Assembly (NCBI RefSeq): GCF_009914755.1
Contig: NC_060929.1
Direction: 5' to 3' (one strand)
DNA from: the human T2T-CHM13v2.0 reference genome, Homo sapiens
Length of the DNA: 64,000 nt
Shown: positions 53,950 through 64,000 of the stretch, one piece after another
How positions within the stretch are numbered: the stretch's first letter is position 1
Layout: every line of letters begins with the position of its first letter
Position numbers and translations under genes: made by a program
Notes under the pieces: generated by a model
What the model was told of the DNA's origin: nothing
Database searches by the model: none
What the model saw: only the letters and a program-made list of their open reading frames with translations

Positions 53950-55255
53950 ACCCTGCATTATCGTCCTCCAATTTCAGAAGATGCATTGTCTCCTTTTGTT
54001 CAAGGCCGACCCCAGTTACACATGCCAAGACCAGGTTCCACAGCCATCCTCCCTCTTGAAACATCCACCTTTCCTCTTGCAGGGGTATGTCCTCTTCAGA
54101 CTACAAGCTTACTCATCTCCTTCCCATTCATTAAAAAAGAAGTCTACCTTTGACCCCCATGTCCTCTTAGTGATGTCCTATCTCTTCTTCTATTTCATCC
54201 AAACATCTTTAAAGAGTTACCTATACTCAGTGTGACCACTTCATGTGCCATTCACTCTGCATCCCCTGCAATCTGGCTTCTGCTTTTGGTAAGGCCACCC
54301 ATATTGTAGCTGGAAAATTCAGTGGACATTTTCCAATCTTTGTCTCACTGTATGTTTCTGGGGCATTTGGCCATGTTGCTTGTGTGCACCACTCACTCTC
54401 TATGATAGTCATATTATATTCTCTCAGCTTGCCTCATTTGTTTCTGTTCTTTCCCAACCATGGTCTCCTCTCCCTCCATCTACCACCCACATGCTGGGGT
54501 TACCTACCTTTCTGTTTTAGCCTACCGCTCTTCTCATTACTGATACTCTTCTTGGGTGGATTTTTCTACACTCAGGATTTCAGCTACCATCTGTATAGTA
54601 ATGACTGTCTAGTTCAATCTCCATCTCCAATTTCTCCCCCAAGCTTTAGGCTCACCAATTCCATCACCTGCTAGGCAGCTTTTCTTGGGCACTCTTCAGA
54701 CATTTCGGATTCAATTGCTCAAAAGCTACATGTATCACTTCCCTCCAACCTAAACCTCTATTTGTTCTGTTACCTTCTCTTTACCCAGTGACAAAAGTTA
54801 TAAAATGTCTGCCTTGACTTTTTTCTTCTCCTCACTCCCTTTATCCAACTGATCATTACATCCTGATGTTTTCCCCTCCTATGCATTTCTCAAACCCATC
54901 CTCTCAACTCCACTCCTACCACCACTACCCTATCTCAAATGCACCTTCTTTTAACTGGACCAATATAACAGTCTCTCAATTGGCTTCCTGGTTTCTAGAC
55001 CTGGCCCACTCCATTCTCTCTCCAGAGCTACCTGAATGATTCATATACAAAACAGTAATCTGACCCAGTCCTTCTCTTGCTAAAGTCATTCTGAATCTAC
55101 ACAAGGAAATTCAACCTCCTTTCCTGGGGCTGTCCCTTGTCTATCTCTTAAACCTTAGCTCCTACCACCCGCTGCCCCCTATTTTGACTCCAACTCTCAA
55201 CCGGCAGTAGTTCTCTGCAAGTCTTCTGTTCTCTTTCTGTTCTTTACTTGCACAT
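53950..55255 (+). mobile_element. L2 fragment including degenerate RT-coding region
   Basis: cccctgcaatctggcttc (LQSGF). ORF 54243-54674 KFSGHFPIFVSLYVSGAFGHV..HHSL resembles the L2 RT motif G.FSVLILLDLSAAFDTVDH. L2 3' sequence follows. Confidence 0.75.
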
Positions 55256-58200
55256 TTACCAATAAATATGTTTTACTCCAGTGTATTAGGTTAGTATTAT
55301 AAGGGAAGTTTCAAGTTCATTTCATATTAAACATTAGAGCCTTCATGCTTAGGGAGAGAGGGAAAAAGAGAAAAAACCCATAGCTAAATACATAGTTAAG
55401 TCGCGTTCTTCTCCAACGCAGCCAAAAATTGGACTGGGCCTGAGATATTTGTGTGCCCTGTTTGATTGAAAGCTGTTAGAAAGTATGCCAAACATTTTAG
55501 ATTTTTCGCTCCCAGAGTTCTTGTAAACCCGGCAGAACTTGTCTGTTATGAAGAGTGGACTGCCCTCTAGAGGTTCCCATTGGAAGGAGCACATCAAACC
55601 CACAGTGTTAAGGCATTCTGCAGTTTCTTGTGAGGTTTTGCTGTAGACATTTACTATTACTGTTCTTTGTCCCCAAAATGCTTTTCCAGATGTCTAATTC
55701 TGAGTCACACATTTTTAATTTACTTTGGGAATAGAGATTTGGGGTAAAGCATGTGATGGACCTCAAAACACTCAATTTGGAGTCAGGAGATGTGACTTTT
55801 AGTCCCGGTTCTTCCTTTAATATCTGAGGACTTAGATTTCATGTCTGTTAATCAAGTAGTAGAAGATCACACTTCAAAACTGTGAATCACCAGAAAGTAT
55901 GTTTTAGGAGTAAAACTGGGAAGAGTTTCATTAATTCAGTAAATATTTAATATGGAAGACCCTGGGGTAAGAGCTGTTTTGCAGAAGCTAGGAGTTTACG
56001 TTTGATCTTTACAATGTTAGATGAAACATATTTGAAAAAAAGACACTTGGAAAACATTTGGGCTTGCAATTTAAATGGATGAATTTAACCCTGATATCAT
56101 AGAACCCTGAAAGCGAAACTGAGCTAAAACAAAGTAAAACTTACTCTGATTCCAAGGGTCTCTTCTGACATGAGAGTGGAAATGAATCACACAACCACAC
56201 ACACACACCCATAGACACCCTAATATGCCATTAAGCTCTGACCCAAACCCCTTTTAGCCTGGTTTCCCCTTTTCTATTTTCAATCAAGAGAGAAAAAAAA
56301 GGAAGTCTTTCATTTAATGGTAAGAACCAACTATGGTCTCTGTATGCTCATATAATACTAAAGAATTATAGGTAAAATTATATTTTATGTACTTTATTAT
56401 GGTACTATGTCAATTGACATTGAACTTCATAGTACACTGAAGAAAGGGAAAAAATATTAGGACACCATTTATGTCCGTAGTAACACTGGAAGTAAGATGC
56501 CGCAAAGCTCAGGACACAGTAGCTAGGAAACAAGACGTCTGAATTCCTGTGATTCCACACATGTTTGGAGGGATCTGGGGACACCAGCTGGATCTTCTGT
56601 AATGCAGGTAGCCACATCTGTGCACCATGGTTATGATGCTCACTTCTGTGGAGTTCAATGTTAATGTCCTCTTTGGCATCTACCTCCTCCAAGTTCAAAG
56701 CTGGACTGCTGTGCTGGGAATCCAGCAACCTGAACCTTTTTCTTCATTACAAATCTGGACATCTTTGGACTTGATTTCTGACATCAAATCAATGGTTTTA
56801 CTTCTCTCTTCATTAGTTTACTGTCTGTCTTTACAAAGTCCTCTGGGCATTAGCAAAGACATGAACCTAACAGAATACCTCTAACATTTTGAACACATAT
56901 AAAACATTAGTACTTGAAATTTTTCCTTATGTTTCTATAGCTAAGGAAAACTTTTAATTTTTTTTTTCTGTCTTAGCCTAGTCTATCCAGCATTCCTTGC
57001 TGGAGGCACAGCTAGGATGAAAGCTTTGGAATGAGAAATGAAAGGAGTAAATAGACTTGACTTTACTAACAGTGTCCATGTTTTTATTCCTGAAAGTTAT
57101 GACACAACAATTGTTAGACCATAATCATTAAGAAGTTCTGTCATCATCTTCTGTTAGGTTGAAACGTTCAACAAACAAAACAACAAACCTATTTTTATTC
57201 TGCTTTCATATTTCAAATGCATTTATGCACTTCAAATTTCAGTTTCAAATATTCTTGAGAGTTTCAAAAACTCTGCATCGTTTTTTGACTTATGACTTAA
57301 TGCTATATGCTGCCTTATGCTGTTTTACTTCTGCTTTCTTCATACTTTGCTTCATTTATTATCCTATTCTTTCCTTCCTTCTTCCTTTGTAATCCTTGTT
57401 TATGGTATTATTAGAACTTGTAAATTTCTGTAGGTAGTGGTTACAATATAGGTAACTCACAAGGCCTAAACAGGTATATTTAGATAATAGAAAGTATTGA
57501 ACTCTGAGTCTGGAGTGGGAAAAGTTGATCACATCACTTCTCCCCCCAAACAACTTTGCTCTGAGATTTAGTCTAAAGAGATTCACTTTTCAATAAGTAG
57601 AAATGTGATTTGGTGGATAGCTTGCTGCTCATTCCAAAGTATATTATATTTCTCTTTCTGGAAGCGAACCCCTGGGAAGAGGGTGCTTGGTGAGCTCTGG
57701 ATGCCGTGCCCAGAGGCCAGGGGTTTTTGGAAATGCCGCAGAACATCCTGTTCCTGGGAGCCCTTCTGCCTGGTTGTTTGTGCTCTAGAGACTTGGCTCC
57801 TGGTGTTCTTGCTCAGACCTTTGGACTTTGGCAAGGCTACTTCTCATGTTTCTGTCTTCCTCTGTGTGCCATTCTGGCTCTGTAGATGGTTTGGTTTTTT
57901 GTGTTGTGACAGTGGAGGCTGCTTGGAGTGCACTGCCAGGCATTGGCTCATGGGCACTCTGCTCCATTTCAGTAACAGCAACAGAACTTGGATTTGACTG
58001 GGAAATAATAACCATTACTGGAAGAAAAAAGTAGCAAAACATATTTCCTAATATGTGCTAACATAATGAGGGGCCAGGTCTCCAGCTTTACGGGTGATTA
58101 TTATAGTTTTTGATTGTTGCCAGTTACCAACACTAAGTACTTTAGCTGTGCAACTTGATTTGAACAGCATTGCCAGAAGAGCACCATCAAAGGCTTTTGA

Positions 58201-58672
58201 TAACATGCTACCAAGAAAATATGTGACACCAAGATAACATACGACCCCAAGAAACTTATTTAATCTTCTTGGTGCATCTATAAAAATAGAACCAAGTAGA
58301 AAAACAGTATAAAAAGCAAAACGTTTCTCACTGGGGTTTTGTGAAGGATACCAACTAGCCCTCATGAAGTATTGTGAGTTTCCTGGAAGGAAGGCCTTTT
58401 GTAAGTTCAAGTTATTGCCATTCACTAATTATTGGTCATAACATTGCACATGATAGATGGGAAATGGAAGAGTGGGAGAATTAAGTGATTAAGCTAAAAT
58501 CACACAGTGAGCTGGGGGAAAACCCAAAAGTGCAAAGAGATCTAAATTTGTTTCATTGGAAGAACACAGTTATATCTGGACAAAGCCCCAGAGTTTAAGT
58601 GACAAGGACACCTAACATAAAACTTGAAGTCATAGGCATGTAGCCAAATAATACAAATATCCTTGTTAAATG

Positions 58673-58705
58673 CAAGTGTATCCATACCAGTTATGGATAC
58701 ACTTG
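58673..58705. repeat. Perfect inverted repeat, 14-bp arms, 5-nt loop
   Basis: CAAGTGTATCCATA-ccagt-TATGGATACACTTG. Confidence 0.95.
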
Positions 58706-60523
58706 TCCTTGGAGGAGAGCTAAGGTGAGTCCTGCTGAGGACAGGAACTCTTCTGTGTTTGATTTGCAGGTAGAGCGAGTAGTTGACCCTCTGAGCCCAA
58801 AGCTGCAGAGAACACAGTAAACCTAGTAAACTGAGTGTGGCTATCTCCCCAGGGTGGCCCTCTGAGAATCCCTCCTAGGTTCCTGAGAGAGACAGGTAGA
58901 CAGGCTATAGGTGGAAAGAGACAAAGTGCCTTGAGCTCTGTGGGTTAGGATCCTATCTTCAACCCCTAGACACTTAAAAGTCTTGCCTGAACTCATGGCC
59001 TTTCAATGAGGAAAGCATCACAGAAAGACTTTATGGTAATCGGACAGGAAACAATGACTGGGCAAAATTTTTTAAGCAGTCAGTATTAAGAGAAAGAAGG
59101 AAAGCCATGTCTTTGCTATTTACCTCAAGGTTATATTTTGCAGCATCTAATGCCAACTATTAAACAAGGATACACTCTTATCTAATTTGCGCTGTTGTCT
59201 TCCCAGGATCTGGAACATTTTCTGCGGGAGTCCACCTTTATCTCTAGAAGCCTCTGGCAAACTGTTTCATTTCAGCTCAGGTCCTTTTGTAGAAAGAACT
59301 TGATGCTGAAAGCAGCTCGCCCCTTCTGCCCTCAACCCCCACTCTCCCCCTACCCTCCCCACCATGGTTAACTTGTTTTTCATCTTTGTTCTGAGTTGCT
59401 TTGGCTGATTCAATTTTTATTTCCGTTTTTAATGAGTTAGTAATTCAGTGATCTTGGCTTTGAATCTTTGGAACTGTGGGTTTTTAGTAAGGATTGAATC
59501 AGCTTGTTGGCTCCTAATAGACTCTGAAATCCAGTAATATTCGTGATGTGTTTGTTCACTCCGTTGACTGCCAGGTCCCGGTAGGAGCAATGGCCAACAG
59601 AGAAGAATCGAGGTAAATCCTCCTTTGTTGCCTAAGAGCTGTTGTTGTTTACCCCAGTTTATAACCTCTTCACACTGAAGCATCACCCTTCAAAGGAGGA
59701 TGTTGCTTCCCACTTTGATTATCATTTACTTGACTTTACAAGAAACTTTCACATCTTCCAAAACAGTAAGCTGTAAGATTTGCTCCAAGCTCTACGCAGT
59801 ATATACTATGACTATTTTCCATTTAGAAATTAACTTACATTACAGCTGTAAGTCTATATACTGAACTTATGATGCTCGTTACTAAATGAATGATAATGGA
59901 CATGAAATAGTCTGTAATTCATAGTCAAAATCTACCATTGCTATGTTTGTCTAAGGAAGCTTCAGTGAGTATACTTCAGATGCATATGAAGTTAGAAAAA
60001 CAGTTAACAGAAATAGTTCAGTAGAGAAATCCTGATCCTAGGACTAATAAAACTAGATTTTCTTAAATCCAAATGCCTGTGAGATTCTATGCAGAAGGAT
60101 AATTTGTATCCAGCATGTAAATAATCATGATTCTCAGAAGGAATTATTTGCACTTTAATTGCTCTTAGTAATGGAGAGTTGTGTCTTCTTATTTGTCCCC
60201 TTGTCATTAGAAAGTATCACTTACCATACATTTAATTCAAGTTTTCATCTTAAAAAATGTTACTCTAGAAATCTTGATCACAATCTCCTTTCATTCCTGC
60301 CCACTCCCATCCCCCCACCCTCCACCCCACCCCTCCACCCTGCTTGGTTTTGGTTTGTTGTTTTGTTTTTTACAAATCAGTGTATAACTCACTAAGGCTC
60401 AAGATACTATGTTTGAAACCTGAAAGCCAGCCTGAAGGTCAAATTCGAAATAACAATTTTCTTTTTGAATTTGAAGTCTCATTAGTGTAAGTGCCAGGAT
60501 AACAACCCACAGTCTTCTTAATA

Positions 60524-60935
60524 TAGTGGTTCCCATTTACATACTGTATCCTTAAACCACCTCTATTATCCCTTTCTGGGTGTTTTTCTTTCAAATGGTG
60601 CTTGTTTTACTTAAATAAACTTTCTTTAGATTAAACTTTCAGATAATGACTTCAAGTGGAAAACCAGTATCCTCTGTCATAATAAATGATATCCAGGAAG
60701 AGAAGTAATGGTAAAAACAATAAAATATTATTGAATTCTAGCTAGGAACATGAACCTACCACGGCACTGAGCCTAAATCTTTTTCTCCTTATGTTAAGTG
60801 TTAAAGATATGTTGAATACACTAAATGGAGACTTTCTCTAGACAGTATGATGAGTACAGGGAAGTTGAAAAGAACTTTCTCACAATATGATTTCGTGGAT
60901 TTAATAGCTTCTCCCAACCAAAAATTACCTTTACC
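60524..60935 (+). mobile_element. MER113 hAT-Charlie
   Basis: ttacttaaataaa...ggaaaaccagtatc...ttattgaattctagctag...gagactttctc...aactttctcacaatatgatt. Confidence 0.8.
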
Positions 60936-61306
60936 TTAGAAAAAAATGCCTTGATAAAATCAACTCAAATCCCCTAAGTTTAACAAGTGATGGTGGTAAT
61001 GTACAGTCCTCAATGTGAGACCAAACTGAATCCAAGGCTGTATTCCCCAAGATTCTTCTTCCTCACTAATTCTCACTAATATAGAGTGGCTGCCGCCACC
61101 ACCACCATGATGCCCTCCAGGTGTGCCCTCCTGGACATTCTGGCTCAAGCAAACACAGGCCTCCTTCCTTAATTCCTCTGAGGACACATGGGAAGAGCCT
61201 GGAAGTTTAAATATGACTTCATAGACAAATAGGATAATAAAAAGGAAATAAACAGAAAAACTTAACTCATCTGCTTTTTCATTGTTGGTTGGGGGTGTTT
61301 TTGAGG

Positions 61307-61491
61307 CAGTGGTTCCCCAACTTTTAGCACATATGGAAACCAGCTGGGGATTGTTAAAACAGAGTGCTGGGCCCACCCCCATATTTTCCAATGCAGCGGG
61401 GCTGGATTGGGGCCTGAGAATTTACATTTTGAACAAGTGCTCAGGTGAGGCTGGGGCTGCTGATCTGGAAGCCACTCTTGGAGAACCACTG
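61307..61491. mobile_element. MER5A MITE, complete
   Basis: Terminal inverted repeats CAGTGGTTCCCCAA / TTGGAGAACCACTG (13/14), 185 bp, ggggcctgagaatttacatttt core. Confidence 0.9.
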
Positions 61492-61734
61492 TCCTTAGAA
61501 GACGCATTGCTGCCTGGCTTCTGCCTACCTGCCTTTAAGCCAGGTCCATATTTCAGGTCTATTTGGAGACTTGTCAAAGGATAGACCCTAATTATAAAAT
61601 GGAAAGGCAGCTAGTCCCATACATAAGATTGAATTGAATTCTCTTTTTCTTGCAAGCTAGCATAGATTGGTTCTTCCCTCATAGCTAGCCGTATGACTCC
61701 TTCTCATTGAGATCACCCAGCCATATCTCCTCAA

Positions 61735-62690
61735 TTCTTTATTTCCCACATTTGCACATCTCTGAAAATGGGATGTGTTTCACAATCATGCCACAAACGC
61801 CCTGAGCCTACGGGAATCCTGTTGTACTTGTTCATAGTATCATTGCTTCACTGAGTTATGTGCATTTTTGGTACCGCATAAGTTGATTCCATTGCCATTT
61901 AAAATGTCTTTAAAATTATGATACTGTAATTGAGCATTGAGACAAAAAGTTATTGTGTATGAAGAAAGGTGTGGGAATAGGGCAATGAAGCTTACATTTG
62001 GTATTGAAGGAAATATTTTGTTTCTAGAAGAATGATCACAATTTCATATTTTTAAAAAGAGCTATTAACAGTTTTATTTTAAAATAGCAACATGTACAAT
62101 GCACTCATACATAGTTTGCAATTGTTAAAATGATGATGAAAATCTTTAACCTCACTAAAAAAAAACACATTTACAGATTTTAAAAATTCTTTTAGGGGGT
62201 ACACAAGATAAAAATTTAAAGACCTCAGCTGTAGATTGCAATTTTCCAAATGGATCTCACAATACTGGCACCTAGCCAAAATAAATTCTTTAACCAAAGA
62301 TAGGAAAATGAGAAAGTAGGACAACTTATTGATTTTTTAATAAAATGATGTTAAATGTTTTCAGTTTAAAGTTCTGTTCTATTTTCTGAAATTAAGGTGC
62401 TTGCTACCTTTTTAGGGGGTTGAGAGGAGTTTAGTTTGAAAATAATGATGTTAATATTAACATGCTTTTCTTTTTTCATTTCTACATTGCCTTTGAAAGC
62501 AACAGCTATGTGCTTTACAGGGCTTGCCTAAGGAGGCTACCTGTAAGGAGAAGAAGCTGAGTTTCATTTTGCTACTGAGAAACACACAAAGGATTGCCTT
62601 TAACTTCCTAAGCATTGCAACTGAAAGCAGAAGAAATTGCCAGATCCCTGCTGATTTATGAAATGCATTTCAAAGCCACAGAACTACCAT
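61735..62690 (+). mobile_element. Kanga1-like (TcMar-Tc2) transposon 5' part with decayed transposase, interrupted at about 62053-62490
   Basis: cacatttgcacatctctgaaaatgggatgtgtttcacaatc subterminal motif. ATG at 61904 then ...KVIVYEE..GNRA. Resumes at about 62492 with KA...CFTG...LQLKAEEIARSL...FKAT. Confidence 0.65.
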
Positions 62691-62869
62691 TTTAGGCATT
62701 GCAGCACAATTTAATTGGCATTATTTTTCTTACTGGTCCAGAAAATAATGGTGTGATTTACAAATGTTGATGTCTTCAATTTGATCAAACACTGTATTTA
62801 AAATTGTATACCTCTTCCTGCTGATCTACTTTATCCTGCTCTACTGCACTATATGATTCACTAATTAAC

Positions 62870-63003
62870 TCTAAATTTACCATCAGTCTCCTTCAGCTGG
62901 AAGATGAGCTCCTTGAAGGCAAGCATCTTTGTTTATTCATCGTAGGGTCTAGATAAACCAATGTTTAATACATAATTGTTGAATGAATTAATGACTGAAG
63001 GAA
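62870..63003 (+). mobile_element. L2 3' end
   Basis: gatgagctccttgaaggcaagcatctttgtttattcatc...aattgttgaatgaattaatgactgaa. Confidence 0.7.
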
Positions 63004-63542
63004 TTGGATCGTAACCCCTACTTGAATGTAATTTTACACTTACCCTTGTGACCTTGATAGAACTAATAGTCCTGCCTTTGTCAGGCTGGCAGCTTTATGT
63101 CAAATCTACATTTTGGGTGTGTAGGAAGACTGGCCAAGGGACAATATCAAAGGCTAGTACCGCAAGCCCTAAAGCAATAGTGAAGAGTGACAGTTTCTAG
63201 TGATGAGTCTGTATGTATAGGAGGGAAGTGGGCATTGGGATGAGGAAGGAATCAAGGATTATTCTCTTATAGCCATGGATATATTCAAATGTGTGGAATG
63301 AATGGATGAGTAAATGCAACATTTGACAATTTCTCCAAATATGGTTTTTTTTCTCATGTACTAATGGTTATATTTTTTAAGTGGTAATCTCATTACCTCT
63401 CCAAGACCAAGCAAGACATCAATCAAATTGTGTGAGAAGCAAATTCACACATTAACTTAACCATGAAAGCAAGCAGTGGCTCATGTGCCATGAAAAGAAT
63501 TCAGATTCGAAGGAATGAGAATCAGGTAGCAGGCTGAGTAAA

Positions 63543-63576
63543 TATTCTCACAATCAGACTATTCTCACAATCAGAC
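63543..63576. repeat. Perfect 17-bp tandem duplication
   Basis: TATTCTCACAATCAGAC x2. Confidence 0.95.
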
Positions 63577-64000
63577 CTTGACCTAGTGAGAAATTAAACA
63601 TACTCTACTTTTCCTTTAGTCTTCATTTATTTTTGCTTAAGTTTGTGGGGGATATGCTGGCTTAATTTGCATCTGATGATTGTATTTCTTCTTGGGAGAA
63701 ATGGAACAAGTGACTAATACCTACCAGGTGGATGGCAGGTAGGCAGAGGTGAATGGAAGCAGAGCCAACACATTTTCTGTGCCAAGTACAATTCCCCAGG
63801 CTGAATTATATTTCAAATTTGTTTGCATTGGTTCTTTCATTATTGCTTACACAAATAGAGCTGAAAAACCACATGGTTAAGTACAGAATACCGTGATATA
63901 ATGACTTGTAGACACAAGGGGTCAGCATTTGAACACAGATGATTTGGTCGAAGTCTTGCCTTGTTCCCTTCTGCTGCTCTACTCTGGCTTGATGTGCTTA

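Noticed and set aside
56405-56830. 107-aa minus-strand ORF as a possible processed pseudogene or exon
   Set aside because: No recognisable protein family, no poly-A/TSD and no convincing splice sites. A tblastx/Dfam search would be needed.
57605-57997. 130-aa Cys/Trp-rich ORF
   Set aside because: Non-ATG start, no domain similarity and overlapping ORFs in several frames, consistent with chance in GT-rich sequence.
59355-59408. Strong Kozak CCACCATGG opening a 14-codon ORF
   Set aside because: Too short, with no promoter or exon support.

Overview
Primate (human-like) AT-rich genomic DNA, intronic or intergenic. I see no recognisable host protein-coding exon, RNA gene or CpG island. Much of the window is interspersed repeat: 8 near-complete Alus plus an Alu stub, MaLR LTRs (THE1, MSTA, MSTB, MLT1), MIR and L2 relics, and hAT/Tc2 DNA transposon fossils (MER5A, MER20, MER53, MER113, Kanga1). 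The centre (18.76-31.24 kb) is a nested insertion. An old minus-strand L1MA-type element carries a complete MSTA provirus and a full-length but inactivated L1PA7-like element, and the target-site duplications (TSDs) of both L1s are still readable. All protein-like ORFs in the track are L1 or L2 fragments; the rest are Alu-derived or random. The most unusual non-repeat feature is a near-perfect inverted repeat at 38912-39036 (50-bp arms, 48/50, 25-nt spacer). Its spacer copies sequence just downstream, which looks like a template-switch scar and makes it a candidate de novo hairpin RNA. Smaller fold-back or templated-insertion scars occur at 18896, 36945, 49158 and 58673. I found no convincing novel protein-coding system. 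Repeat subfamily names come from recalled consensus sequences and need RepeatMasker/Dfam confirmation.
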